Assembly (NCBI GenBank): GCA_030017755.1
Contig: JASEJA010000003.1
Location: 2,550 to 43,571, forward strand
DNA: 41,022 bases
Direction of reading: 5' to 3'
Source: Candidatus Bathyarchaeota archaeon
Lineage (GTDB): Archaea > Thermoproteota > Bathyarchaeia > Bathyarchaeales > Bathycorpusculaceae
The position numbers and the translations under genes were made by a program. The notes under the pieces are model-generated. The model was not told where the DNA came from, searched no databases, and saw only the letters and a list, made by a program, of their open reading frames with translations. Positions 1 to 8,886 of the stretch are shown here, in pieces; the first letter of the stretch is position 1; each line of letters starts with the position of its first letter.

Positions 1-353
1 GATAGGAATGTTGCTATCCCTTGCTTGTTTCCTCATCTTTCACTGCTGTGTTATACTTTCACTGCTGTGTTATATAATGCGCCGTGAGGTTTCACATGCT
101 GAAGGTTTAAACCAGCTATTTTTGCGAATCCTTGAAGAGCGCTAACCTGATAAATTGTATAATTTTCGATTTCTTCTAAAGTTAAATGCATTTCTCTCCT
201 TCCAAAGCCAAGAAGGTCTGGGTAGCCCGGATGGGCGCCCACTGCCACGCCATACTTTTTTGCTAGGTTAACTGTTATCTTTTCGTCGTTTCCAACCTTG
301 AATGTTCCGTAACTTTCGCCTAAATCACAGTTTATGTCTATTTTAAGTTTCAA
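1..353 (-). pseudogene. pxpA: 5-oxoprolinase subunit A (LamB/YcsF family, PxpA) remnant, multiply disrupted; the 3' part runs off the window
   Basis: ORF 51..353 carries the family blocks [29 protein letters not shown] and [12 protein letters not shown]. The conserved block normally between the first two (SAN-ACG-HAGDP region, about 24 aa, from memory of the family) is missing near nt 275. The frame is closed at 51-53 by the 19-bp duplication. With one copy removed in silico it still meets TAG at 14-16. Confidence 0.7.
37..74. repeat. Perfect 19-bp tandem direct duplication (CTTTCACTGCTGTGTTATA x2)
   Basis: Read directly: 37-55 and 56-74 are identical and adjacent. The length is not a multiple of 3 and the repeat lies inside the pxpA-like reading frame. 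Confidence 0.95.
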
Positions 354-374
354 GCTTTATCCCATACTCAATTA

Positions 375-1406
375 TTAAAGCCAAACATATTTTCGCATAT
401 CCTCAACCGCAGCGGAAGGCACAGGCAAATCTTTCATTGTAAGTAAGCCCGCCTGCGCCTTAATCACTTTTGGAATTGCGTTGACAACCATTGCTACTGT
501 ACCTATGTCGCCGTGAACGCATGGCTGAATCTTTTGTTTGATATTTGGGATTCCATGTATTGTTATGGCGTCGTACTCTTCTTCAGCACCCATATAGGCT
601 TGAAAATCTAAAACGATAACCTCTTTATTTTTGATTATGCCTTTTGCATTTTGCCTCAAACCAGCAACCTGTCCAGCCTTAACTTTTATGTGTTGAGTTT
701 CTACTGGTTTTTTGGCGATTACTGGTTCAACTGGTTCGGCTATTATTTTGTCAAGTTTCCACGCTAAGGCGTCAGCTATTAAGGCAATAGACTGTTCAAG
801 TCCAACATGCCCAGTAATTTGTTTGCTCACAATTTTCTTTTGAAACTCTTCAACTGTTAAGCCAGCTCCAATTTTTTTCTGGAATGGCAAGCGTCTCGTC
901 GCCGCGTTCATAACTCTTACAGCTTCTATTTTCTCTATTTTTTGGCAAACAGCCGTAAGAGTTATCACGAGAGTATCCATGAGGAAACCTGGGTTTATAC
1001 CTGTGCCTAAAACGGTTACGTTATGTTTTTTGGCAAGGGCGTCCAACTCATTTGCGATTTTTGGTTCTGCATAGTATGGGTTGGAAAGCTCTTCGCATGT
1101 GGATATTACTTTAACGCCGTGTTTTATGAGTGTGGTTAGTTGTGGGTATACGTCTTTTAGGAAGGAAGAAGTCGCATGTATAGCTATATCTGGTTTGGCT
1201 TTTGAAAGAACAGCTTCAACGTTGTCTGAAACTTTTACTTTAACCATTTTTCCTACGCCCAAAATTTCTCCTAAATCTTTTCCAACTTTATCCTTAGCAA
1301 CATCAACAGCCCCAACTATTTCTACGCCTTCCTTTTCCAGCAAAAGTTTTGCAATTAGGCTGCCGAGGGCTCCGATTCCAAAGAGAACAATTCTTACTTT
1401 TCTCAT
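375..1406 (-). CDS. NAD(P)-binding DapB-like oxidoreductase (2,4-diaminopentanoate dehydrogenase / amine dehydrogenase-like family)
   Basis: N-terminal Rossmann motif VRIVLFGIGALGSLIA. Overall similarity (from memory) to dihydrodipicolinate-reductase-like amine dehydrogenases, with ~340 aa length typical. Confidence 0.5.
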   Translation of the reverse strand: MRKVRIVLFGIGALGSLIAKLLLEKEGVEIVGAVDVAKDKVGKDLGEILGVGKMVKVKVSDNVEAVLSKAKPDIAIHATSSFLKDVYPQLTTLIKHGVKVISTCEELSNPYYAEPKIANELDALAKKHNVTVLGTGINPGFLMDTLVITLTAVCQKIEKIEAVRVMNAATRRLPFQKKIGAGLTVEEFQKKIVSKQITGHVGLEQSIALIADALAWKLDKIIAEPVEPVIAKKPVETQHIKVKAGQVAGLRQNAKGIIKNKEVIVLDFQAYMGAEEEYDAITIHGIPNIKQKIQPCVHGDIGTVAMVVNAIPKVIKAQAGLLTMKDLPVPSAAVEDMRKYVWL

Positions 1407-1516
1407 TTTTAGCCTCCGTTTCGCTTATCCTTTTGTTATCTTTATGTTCTATAAATTTGTCTGGTGGATTTATGTTGCGTTTTAGGTCATTGTTAAAAAC
1501 CTTTACGTTTGTAAAC

Positions 1517-1551
1517 TTTTATATCTTGGAAAAACTCCAATACTAAGGAGG
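1517..1551 (+). promoter_or_regulatory. TATA-like box (TTTTATAT, 1517-1524) plus SD-like AAGGAGG (1545-1551) upstream of the TTG start at 1560
   Basis: Motifs read directly. Spacing fits an archaeal promoter with a short leader, and the SD lies 8 nt before TTG 1560. Confidence 0.4.
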
Positions 1552-1559
1552 CTAAACGG

Positions 1560-2996
1560 TTGCAGACAACAGAAACCATAATCTCCAAGGAAACACTCAA
1601 AAAACTATTGGATATTGAAAAACTTAGGTACTGCTTTGAGTGTGGCATTTGCACGGCCAGCTGTCCAATGGCAGAACTTTTAGGAAAAGACTATAATCCA
1701 CGGTGGCTTTTGGAGAAAGTTTTCTTAAACCCAGAAAGTGTTCTGAATTCGGATGCGCTTTGGCTCTGTGCTTGGTGCTATCGCTGTTATAGGCATTGCC
1801 CCCAAGCTCTTCGGATACCAGAAATCTTTCTTTTCATACGAAAAACAGCAGCTGAACATGGTTTTTTGGCGCCTCTTGATAAAGCTTTACCAAAAATAGT
1901 TGAAAATATTCCGTTGCCGCTTGCAACCACTTTGGTTTGCTTCCACCCAGAACGTGCTGGACTTGATAGAGAGAAAATTTTGGAAAGGATTGAACAGATA
2001 CGTTTTGAAAATTTAAAGAAAAGAAAAAGAACTAAAACTGCGGGAATTTTCCAAAGGAAAGTTGCTGTTATAGGTTCTGGACCGGCTGGGCTTACAGTTG
2101 CCCACCAATTAGCCCAGAAAAAATGTAAAGTTACAATTTTTGAGGCACTTCCAGAAGCAGGCGGAATGTTGAGAAAGTGTATTCCTGAGTATCGTTTGCC
2201 AAAGCAAGTATTAGCCAAAGAAATCGATTTCATAAGAGATTTGAAAGTGGAAATAAGGACTGGTGTAACTGTTGGTAAAGATTTGAGTTTTGAAGATTTA
2301 CGGAAGGAAGGCTACAAAGCCATTTTTATCGGTGTTGGAGCTCATGAAAGCCAAAAATTAAAAGTTGAAGGCACAGATTTAGAAGGCGTAATTCACGCCC
2401 TCGACTTTTTATGGAAAATTAACTCTGGAGAAAAAACGGAGATGGGAAAGAATATTGCCATCATCGGCGGCGGAAACGTTGCGATAGACGCTGCCAGAAC
2501 CGCACTTCAAAACGGGGCAAAGGAAGTCACAATATTTTATCGTAGGTCAAGGGAGGAAATGCCCGCAAATCCATGGGAAGTTAAAGAAGCAGAAGATGAA
2601 GGCGTAAAAATCGAGTTTTTAGTTGCTCCTAAAAGATTTTTGGGAAAAAATGGGAAGGTTTCATCCATCGAGTTTGTTCGCATGCAACTTGGTGAGTCCG
2701 ATGAGTCTGGCAGAAGGAAACCCATTCCCATAGAGGGTTCAGAATTCAGCAAGGAAGCGGATATGGTGATTTTGGCGATAGGCGAAACGCCAAACTTGAC
2801 ATTTTTGCCAAAAGAAATAGAGTTAAATGAGGATGGCACTGTTTGGATTGACCCAATAACTATGGAAACAAGCTTGAAAGGTGTCTTCGCTGGAGGAGAC
2901 GCTGCCACGGGTCCAGCAACAGTGATTGAAGCAATTAAAGCTGGGAAACGTGCTGCAGAATCCATTGGAAACTACTTAGAATCTTTAGGAGGATAA
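1560..2996 (+). CDS. HdrC-like 2x[4Fe-4S] domain fused to an NfnB/GltD/SudA-like FAD- and NAD(P)H-dependent oxidoreductase
   Basis: The N-terminus has CFECGICTASCPM and CAWCYRCYRHCPQ, an HdrC/Fer4-type pair. The C-terminal part has VAVIGSGPAGLTVAHQL (FAD GxGxxG), IAIIGGGNVAIDAART (NAD(P)H site) and GVFAGGDAATGP, as in glutamate synthase small-chain homologs. TTG start with a strong SD. Confidence 0.75.
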   Translation: MQTTETIISKETLKKLLDIEKLRYCFECGICTASCPMAELLGKDYNPRWLLEKVFLNPESVLNSDALWLCAWCYRCYRHCPQALRIPEIFLFIRKTAAEHGFLAPLDKALPKIVENIPLPLATTLVCFHPERAGLDREKILERIEQIRFENLKKRKRTKTAGIFQRKVAVIGSGPAGLTVAHQLAQKKCKVTIFEALPEAGGMLRKCIPEYRLPKQVLAKEIDFIRDLKVEIRTGVTVGKDLSFEDLRKEGYKAIFIGVGAHESQKLKVEGTDLEGVIHALDFLWKINSGEKTEMGKNIAIIGGGNVAIDAARTALQNGAKEVTIFYRRSREEMPANPWEVKEAEDEGVKIEFLVAPKRFLGKNGKVSSIEFVRMQLGESDESGRRKPIPIEGSEFSKEADMVILAIGETPNLTFLPKEIELNEDGTVWIDPITMETSLKGVFAGGDAATGPATVIEAIKAGKRAAESIGNYLESLGG

Positions 2997-2999
2997 GGC

Positions 3000-5408
3000 A
3001 TGGCTGAAGGTGAAATTCGCATTGGAGTTTACGTTTGCCACTGCGGCTTAAACATAGCTGGCTCCGTAGACTGCAAAGAAGTGGCAAAATATGCAGCAAC
3101 CCTTCCACATGTTGTGTTAGCCAAGGACAACCGTTACACATGTTCAGATCAAGGACAAGAAATGATAAAGAAGGACATTAAAGAACATAGGCTTAACCGT
3201 GTGGTTGTAGCTTCATGTTCGCCAAGGCTTCACGAACCAACTTTTCGAAAGACATGCGAGGATGCTGGCTTAAACAAGTATCTTTTTGAAATGGCTAACA
3301 TCCGCGAACAATGCAGCTGGGTGCACCTTTACGACAGAAAGGCTGCTACTGAAAAGGCCAAAGACCTTGTGAAAATGGCTGTGGCTAAGGCTGCTTTGCT
3401 TCAGCCAGCCGAAGAAATTGAAGTACCAATTACCCGAGAAGCCCTTGTGATTGGCGGTGGAGTTGCTGGAATTCAAGCAGCTTTGGATTTGGCTGATACG
3501 GGTTATAAGGTGTATTTGGTTGAGAAAGAGCCCAGCATTGGCGGGATGATGGCACGAATCGACAAGACCTTTCCAACAATGGACTGTTCCATCTGCATTC
3601 TTGCGCCTAAAATGTCTGATGTTGGACATCATCCAAACATTGAACTGTTAACCAATAGCGAAGTTGTAGAAGTGAAAGGTTACATCGGCAATTTCCACGT
3701 CAAAGTTTTGAAAAAACCCCGCTACGTAAAAAGCGACTGCACAGCCTGCGGGGAATGCGCAAAAGTCTGCCCAGTCATCGCCCCAAACGAGTTTGACGCC
3801 GGATTAGCCATAAGACATGCCATTTACACGCCCTTCGCCCAAGCAGTTCCATCCACATACATAATTGACATGAACAGATGCCTAAACAAAGACGGCGTAA
3901 TCGTCTGCGACAAATGCATAAAAGCATGCGAAAGACAAGCCATAGACTTCGACATGAAACCAGAAACCATAGAACTTAAAGTTGGAACAATAATAGTAGC
4001 CATAGGCGCAGACGTTTTCGACCCTTCTGTTTTACCGAATTATGGATACGGAAAATACTCAAACGTTATAACGTCTCTTGAATTTGAAAGGTTAATAAAC
4101 GCTGGCGGTCCTTCTGGCGGGCACCTAATAAGACCAAGCGACATGCAAATTCCACAGCGTGTAGCCTTCATTCAATGTGTCGGTTCTCGCTCGGACAGAA
4201 ACGGAAGATTATATTGCAGTAACGTCTGCTGCATGAACACGATTAAAGATAGCTTACTCATTAAGGAGCATTGGCCTGAAACTGAAATTTACGTTTTTTA
4301 CGTTGACATACGGGCTTATGGAAAAGGTTTCGAAGACCTATACAAACGGGCAAAAAAGGAAGGCGTCATATTCATTCGTGGGCTTCCAGCCGAGATAATT
4401 GAGGATAGGAAAACTCATAATTTATGGCTTATTGGAGAGAACACTCTACAAAACGAGTTATACAAAGTTAATGTTGACATGGTTATACTTTCTGTTGGTT
4501 TGGAGCCGAGAAAAGAAAGCGAAATCATCCAGCGTTTATTAACATTATCCAAAACACAAGACGGATTCTTCATGGAAGCCCATCCAAAACTCAGACCAGT
4601 AGACGCTGCCACGGGCGGAATATTCTTCGCTGGATGCGCTGAAGCGCCCAAAGACATAAAAGACAGCGTAACACAAGCAAGCGCCGCCGCTGCAAGAGCT
4701 GGCATTTTGATGGCTAAGGGAAAGGTGACCGTTGAAGCTATAACGCCAATTTCTTATGCTGATAAATGTAAGGCTTGTGGGCTTTGCACAAAAGTTTGTC
4801 CTTATAACGCTATAACATTAAACAAGGAGTTAAAGCGCATTGAGGTTATTGAGGCTGCTTGTGGCGGATGCGGAACCTGCGCAGCAGAATGCCCCTTTGA
4901 TGCTCTAACCCAGAATCACTTTACAGACGAACAAATTTTAGCCCAAATAGATGCTGTAACGGAATATGATGCTGAAAAGAAAATTGTTGCCTTCTGCTGT
5001 AACTGGTGCGCGTATGCTGGCGCAGACTTTGCCGGCGTAAGCAGAATGCAATATCCCTCTAATGTACGAATAATAAGGACCATGTGTTCTGGGCGAGTTG
5101 CTCCAAAATTCATAGAAAGAGCCTTTGCAAAAGGCGCTGCAGCAGTTTTAGTGGCTGGGTGCCATCCAGGAGATTGCCATTACATAAATGCCAATTATCA
5201 TACCAAAAGGCGTGTGGAACGTTTCTGGGAAAAAATGGAGAAAAATGGACTAAACAAGGAAAGATTACAGTTATTGTGGGCTTCGGCAGCTGAAGGTGAA
5301 AGATTCGCTTCAAAAATTCGAGAAATGCAAACCATAGTGGAAAAAGTTTCCAGAGAAGAAATAGAAAGCAGCAAAAAAGTTTTCGAAAAAGCATTAGGTG
5401 GGAGTTAA
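3000..5408 (+). CDS. hdrA: Heterodisulfide reductase subunit A-like flavoprotein fused to a C-terminal MvhD domain (HdrA-MvhD)
   Basis: IGVYVCHCGLNIAGSVD, ASCSPRLHE and ALVIGGGVAGIQAALDLA (FAD) are HdrA hallmarks. Ferredoxin motifs CTACGECAKVCPV, CKACGLCTKVCPYNAI and CGGCGTCAAECPF are present. The C-terminal ~140 aa (from ~nt 4975) reads KKIVAFCCNWCAYAGAD...RTMCSGRV...VAGCHPGDCHY, the MvhD signature. SD GGAGGA precedes ATG 3000. Confidence 0.85.
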   Translation: MAEGEIRIGVYVCHCGLNIAGSVDCKEVAKYAATLPHVVLAKDNRYTCSDQGQEMIKKDIKEHRLNRVVVASCSPRLHEPTFRKTCEDAGLNKYLFEMANIREQCSWVHLYDRKAATEKAKDLVKMAVAKAALLQPAEEIEVPITREALVIGGGVAGIQAALDLADTGYKVYLVEKEPSIGGMMARIDKTFPTMDCSICILAPKMSDVGHHPNIELLTNSEVVEVKGYIGNFHVKVLKKPRYVKSDCTACGECAKVCPVIAPNEFDAGLAIRHAIYTPFAQAVPSTYIIDMNRCLNKDGVIVCDKCIKACERQAIDFDMKPETIELKVGTIIVAIGADVFDPSVLPNYGYGKYSNVITSLEFERLINAGGPSGGHLIRPSDMQIPQRVAFIQCVGSRSDRNGRLYCSNVCCMNTIKDSLLIKEHWPETEIYVFYVDIRAYGKGFEDLYKRAKKEGVIFIRGLPAEIIEDRKTHNLWLIGENTLQNELYKVNVDMVILSVGLEPRKESEIIQRLLTLSKTQDGFFMEAHPKLRPVDAATGGIFFAGCAEAPKDIKDSVTQASAAAARAGILMAKGKVTVEAITPISYADKCKACGLCTKVCPYNAITLNKELKRIEVIEAACGGCGTCAAECPFDALTQNHFTDEQILAQIDAVTEYDAEKKIVAFCCNWCAYAGADFAGVSRMQYPSNVRIIRTMCSGRVAPKFIERAFAKGAAAVLVAGCHPGDCHYINANYHTKRRVERFWEKMEKNGLNKERLQLLWASAAEGERFASKIREMQTIVEKVSREEIESSKKVFEKALGGS

Positions 5409-5410
5409 CT

Positions 5411-5689
5411 ATGCCTGTAAGACTTTGGCGCAAACCCTTAGACGCTGAAAAAGTTAAGCTTCCAAAAGCAGAAATTCACATATTAAAAAACCAGTGTAAG
5501 GGATGCGGCTTCTGCATTCAATTTTGTCCCAAAAAAGTCTTAGAAGAATCTGAAGAAATAAATGCCAGAGGCGTTCACCCCCCAAAAGTTGTTGACGAAA
5601 GCAAATGCATCATATGCAGTTTTTGCACTTCAGTTTGCCCAGACTTCGCAATCTTCATTGTTGAAAAACCCTGTAAAGAGGGATGTTAA
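5411..5689 (+). CDS. korD: 2-oxoacid:ferredoxin oxidoreductase delta subunit (2x[4Fe-4S] ferredoxin-like)
   Basis: CKGCGFCIQFCP and CIICSFCTSVCP motifs in a 92-aa protein, immediately upstream of the alpha subunit. Confidence 0.8.
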   Translation: MPVRLWRKPLDAEKVKLPKAEIHILKNQCKGCGFCIQFCPKKVLEESEEINARGVHPPKVVDESKCIICSFCTSVCPDFAIFIVEKPCKEGC

Positions 5690-5691
5690 AC

Positions 5692-6843
5692 ATGAACCAA
5701 AAAAGAGTAATCCTTGAAGGCAGCCACTTCATGAACGGTGACATCGCCTGCGCAGAAGGCGCCATAGCTGCTGGCTGCAGATTCTTTGCTGGTTATCCCA
5801 TAACGCCAGCAACAGAAATCGCCGAACACTTGGCTCAGAGAATGCTTGAAGTCGGCGGAATATATGTTCAAATGGAAGATGAAATAGCGTCAATGGCAGC
5901 TGTTATAGGCGCATCCTATGCGGGTTTAAAAGCTATGACAGCCACCTCCGGACCAGGTTTCAGTCTCATGCAAGAAAATATAGGCTTGGCTGTGATGACA
6001 GAAGCCCCATGCGTTATTGTGGACGTTATGCGTGGGGGACCAAGCACTGGACAGCCCACGCTGCCCGGACAGCAGGATGTTATGCAAGCTAAGTGGGGTT
6101 CCCATGGAGATTACGAAATCATAGCTTTAGCACCTTCTTCTGTTCAAGAAATGTTCAACTTAACAATTGAAGCCTTCAACCTTTCCGAAACCTACCGTGT
6201 TCCAGCAATAGTGCTGGCTGATGAGGTTGTTGGACACATGTGGGAAAAAGTTGCGATTCCTCCCGCTCAAAAGATAAAAATAGTAAACCGAAAAAAGGCA
6301 AATGCCCCATCAGAAGCTTATGCCCCCTTCATGCCAGATGACGATTTGGTTCCACCAATGGCATGTTTCGGAGAAGGCTACAGCTTTCATGCTACTGGCT
6401 TGACGCATGATGAGCATGGTTATCCCCAAACATCCAGCTCCGAAGTCCAACAAAAGCTTGTGAAGAGGCTCTGCGACAAAATTAGGAAAAATGCAGACAA
6501 AATAGTTAGAGTGGAAGAGGTTCTGCTAAGCGACGCCGATATAGTTGTTGTAGCCTACGGAATAGTTGCCAGAGCCGCACTCAGCGCCGTAAGAAAAGCA
6601 AGAGCAGAGGGAATAAAAGCTGGACTTTTACGCCCAATCACTTTATGGCCTTTCCCAGAAAATCACGTAGCCAAAATAGCCCAACAAACAAAAGCCATAG
6701 TGGTTCCAGAAATGAACTGTGGCCAACTAGTGCGCGAAGTGGAAAGGGCAGCAAAGGAAACCCCCGTTACTTTTCTTTCCAAATTAGGAGAAGAGCCTCA
6801 CACTCCAATGGAAATTTTTGAAGCAATAAGGAGGAATAGCTAA
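5692..6843 (+). CDS. korA: 2-oxoacid (2-oxoglutarate-type):ferredoxin oxidoreductase alpha subunit
   Basis: N-terminus LEGSHFMNGDIACAEGAIAAGCRFFAGYPITPATEI and TSGPGFSLMQE are typical OFOR alpha blocks. ATG 5692 is preferred over ATG 5683 because it follows the korD stop and a GAGGG motif; 5683 remains possible. Confidence 0.85.
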   Translation: MNQKRVILEGSHFMNGDIACAEGAIAAGCRFFAGYPITPATEIAEHLAQRMLEVGGIYVQMEDEIASMAAVIGASYAGLKAMTATSGPGFSLMQENIGLAVMTEAPCVIVDVMRGGPSTGQPTLPGQQDVMQAKWGSHGDYEIIALAPSSVQEMFNLTIEAFNLSETYRVPAIVLADEVVGHMWEKVAIPPAQKIKIVNRKKANAPSEAYAPFMPDDDLVPPMACFGEGYSFHATGLTHDEHGYPQTSSSEVQQKLVKRLCDKIRKNADKIVRVEEVLLSDADIVVVAYGIVARAALSAVRKARAEGIKAGLLRPITLWPFPENHVAKIAQQTKAIVVPEMNCGQLVREVERAAKETPVTFLSKLGEEPHTPMEIFEAIRRNS

Positions 6844-7682
6844 TGGAAACTGTGATGGCGCATCCTTTCGCGAAATATCTACGGGAAGCTATGATGCCCC
6901 ACATATGGTGTTCAGGATGTGGTAATGGCATAATCCTCAACTGTTTCGTCCAAGCCGTAGACGAGCTTCAAATGGACCTAAACAAGCTTGTGGTTGTTTC
7001 TGGCATCGGCTGTATTGGACGAGCAGCTGGATACGTAAACACCAACTCGTTCCACACAACTCATGGACGCCCAATAGCCTTCGCCACTGGAATAAAATTG
7101 GCAAACCCAGAGTTGGAAGTGGTAATTATAAGCGGTGATGGTGACCTCTTCGCCATAGGAGGAAACCATTTCATACATGCGGCACGGAGAAACATAGGAA
7201 TCAAAGTTATCTGCGCAAACAACTTCAACTATGGAATGACTGGTGGACAGCAAGGACCCACAACACCAGTTGAAGCTTTAACAACAACAACCCCTTACGG
7301 AAACATTGAACACCCATTCAATCTGGTGCATTTGGCAGCAGCATCAGGCGCCACCTACGTGGCTAGATGGACAACTTTGCATGTGCGAAGGCTTACGCAA
7401 TCTATTAAAAAATTGTTACAGAAAGAAGGGTTCGGCTTCATTGAAGTTGTTTCGCCCTGCCCAGAAATTTTTGGTCGCTACAACAAGATGCGAACTGGAC
7501 TTGAGATGATGGAATGGTTTAGAAAAGTTTCAGCGATAGAAAACTTTTCCGACCCAGCAAAAGCAGAAATTACCCCAGAAAGAATTGTAGTCGGAGAATT
7601 TGTTGACATAGCAAAGATTAGTTATGAAAAACTGATTCATGAAAAAATAGCTGAAATTAATGAGAAGAAAATGCAGTGGTGA
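6843..7682 (+). CDS. korB: 2-oxoacid:ferredoxin oxidoreductase beta subunit (TPP-binding)
   Basis: WCSGCGNG cluster motif and the GDGD...GGNH TPP motif. The start overlaps the korA stop by 1 nt (TAATG). Confidence 0.85.
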   Translation: METVMAHPFAKYLREAMMPHIWCSGCGNGIILNCFVQAVDELQMDLNKLVVVSGIGCIGRAAGYVNTNSFHTTHGRPIAFATGIKLANPELEVVIISGDGDLFAIGGNHFIHAARRNIGIKVICANNFNYGMTGGQQGPTTPVEALTTTTPYGNIEHPFNLVHLAAASGATYVARWTTLHVRRLTQSIKKLLQKEGFGFIEVVSPCPEIFGRYNKMRTGLEMMEWFRKVSAIENFSDPAKAEITPERIVVGEFVDIAKISYEKLIHEKIAEINEKKMQW

Positions 7683-7688
7683 TTTAAA

Positions 7689-8234
7689 ATGCGAATTGAA
7701 ATTAGGTTTGCAGGTTTCGGCGGTCAAGGCATAATCAAATCTGGAATAATCACAGCTACTGCAGCATGCATTTACAGCGGAAAAAACGCCGTTCAAACCC
7801 AGTCTTATGGTCCAGAATCAAGGGGTGGAGCATGCAAATCCGAAGTTGTAATTTCAGAAGAAGAAATAGACTTTCCAAAAGTTATTGAACCCGAAATCCT
7901 TGTGGTAATGTCTCAGCACGCCTACAATGAATATGCAGAAAACGTGAAAACAGGCGGAATAATTATTTTGGACCCAGAGATGGTTCCCCACGAAAAAGAA
8001 CTAAAAAATGTTAGAGTCTTCAAAGTTCCAGCCACAAAAATTGCCGAGGAGCTTGGAAGAAAGATAGTTGCAAATATTGCCATGTTAGGTGCCTTTGTGG
8101 CTATTACTGGCGTTTTGGATAAAGAGGCTGTTAAAGAATCCATTAAGGTAAACGTGCCCAAAGGTACGGAAGAACTGAATTTAAAAGCTTTTGAAAGAGG
8201 ATACGAATACGGTAAAAACCTATTAAAAAGTTAG
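7689..8234 (+). CDS. korG: 2-oxoacid:ferredoxin oxidoreductase gamma subunit
   Basis: IRFAGFGGQGIIKSG...QSYGPESRGG is the gamma-subunit signature. It is the last gene in D-A-B-G order. Confidence 0.85.
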   Translation: MRIEIRFAGFGGQGIIKSGIITATAACIYSGKNAVQTQSYGPESRGGACKSEVVISEEEIDFPKVIEPEILVVMSQHAYNEYAENVKTGGIIILDPEMVPHEKELKNVRVFKVPATKIAEELGRKIVANIAMLGAFVAITGVLDKEAVKESIKVNVPKGTEELNLKAFERGYEYGKNLLKS

Positions 8235-8236
8235 CC

Positions 8237-8836
8237 TCATCCAGCCTTTTGAAGAGGCTGCTGCGTTATAACTTTCGATTTTCTAATTCCAACATGCCTC
8301 AGCGGAGCAATTTTTTTGGCTTCGTTGTATATGTCTGATGCTATTTTCCCCAAAACCATTTCTTGGGCAAACTGGTCTAATGTGAGTGAAACAGCTTTTT
8401 CCTTAACAATCTTCTCCATAATAGCCCTTATCTCTTTTTCCTGCGCAGTCCTTATCCTCGAAAGTGTGAAGGCGGATACAGCCACACGAATTTTATATCC
8501 GTCTTTTGTAGTTAAATTGAACATTCCATCAACTTTTGTTGTTCGCCTCCTTACCAAGCTTCGCAGGTAGTCTCTTGAATATTCATGTCCTTTAAACATG
8601 GTTTTGGCAGTTTTTCCATCAATTTCAGTTATTTGGAAGAATATTTTTAGGTATTGATGAGCGAAATTGCCAGTAACCTCGTAAAGCGTTGAATCAATAA
8701 CCCTTCCTACGAGTTTTTCAGGCTCATCGGCTGGCACGCTTCCAAGTTCAACGTTTCCAAAGTAGGGTGGAGCAATTGTGGTATACCAGGATTTACTTCG
8801 CCATTTATCTCTTACACGTTTTGTTTTTGAAGACAC
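8237..8836 (-). CDS. rps3ae: 30S ribosomal protein eS1 (S3Ae)
   Basis: KWRSKSWYTTIAP...FGN...GRVIDSTLYEVTG and overall S3Ae similarity. GTG start preceded by GGAGGA. Confidence 0.9.
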   Translation of the reverse strand: MSSKTKRVRDKWRSKSWYTTIAPPYFGNVELGSVPADEPEKLVGRVIDSTLYEVTGNFAHQYLKIFFQITEIDGKTAKTMFKGHEYSRDYLRSLVRRRTTKVDGMFNLTTKDGYKIRVAVSAFTLSRIRTAQEKEIRAIMEKIVKEKAVSLTLDQFAQEMVLGKIASDIYNEAKKIAPLRHVGIRKSKVITQQPLQKAG

Positions 8837-8886
8837 AGTTATCCTCCAAATGTAGCTTGAAAATTCGCATCTGGGTATTAAAAGTT

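Noticed and set aside
1081-1546. Plus-strand ORFs 1081..1485 and 1349..1546
   Set aside because: They are antisense shadows of the DapB-like gene and its promoter region. Their peptides are low-complexity and Ser/Phe/Leu-rich with no recognisable family.
1787-5433. Minus-strand ORFs inside the gltD-like/hdrA genes (1787..2233, 2537..2965, 2935..3141, 3270..3632, 4415..4705, 4916..5113, 5110..5433) and plus-strand 5084..5293
   Set aside because: All are fully contained in, or antisense to, strongly supported coding frames. They show no motifs and have compositions typical of shadow frames.
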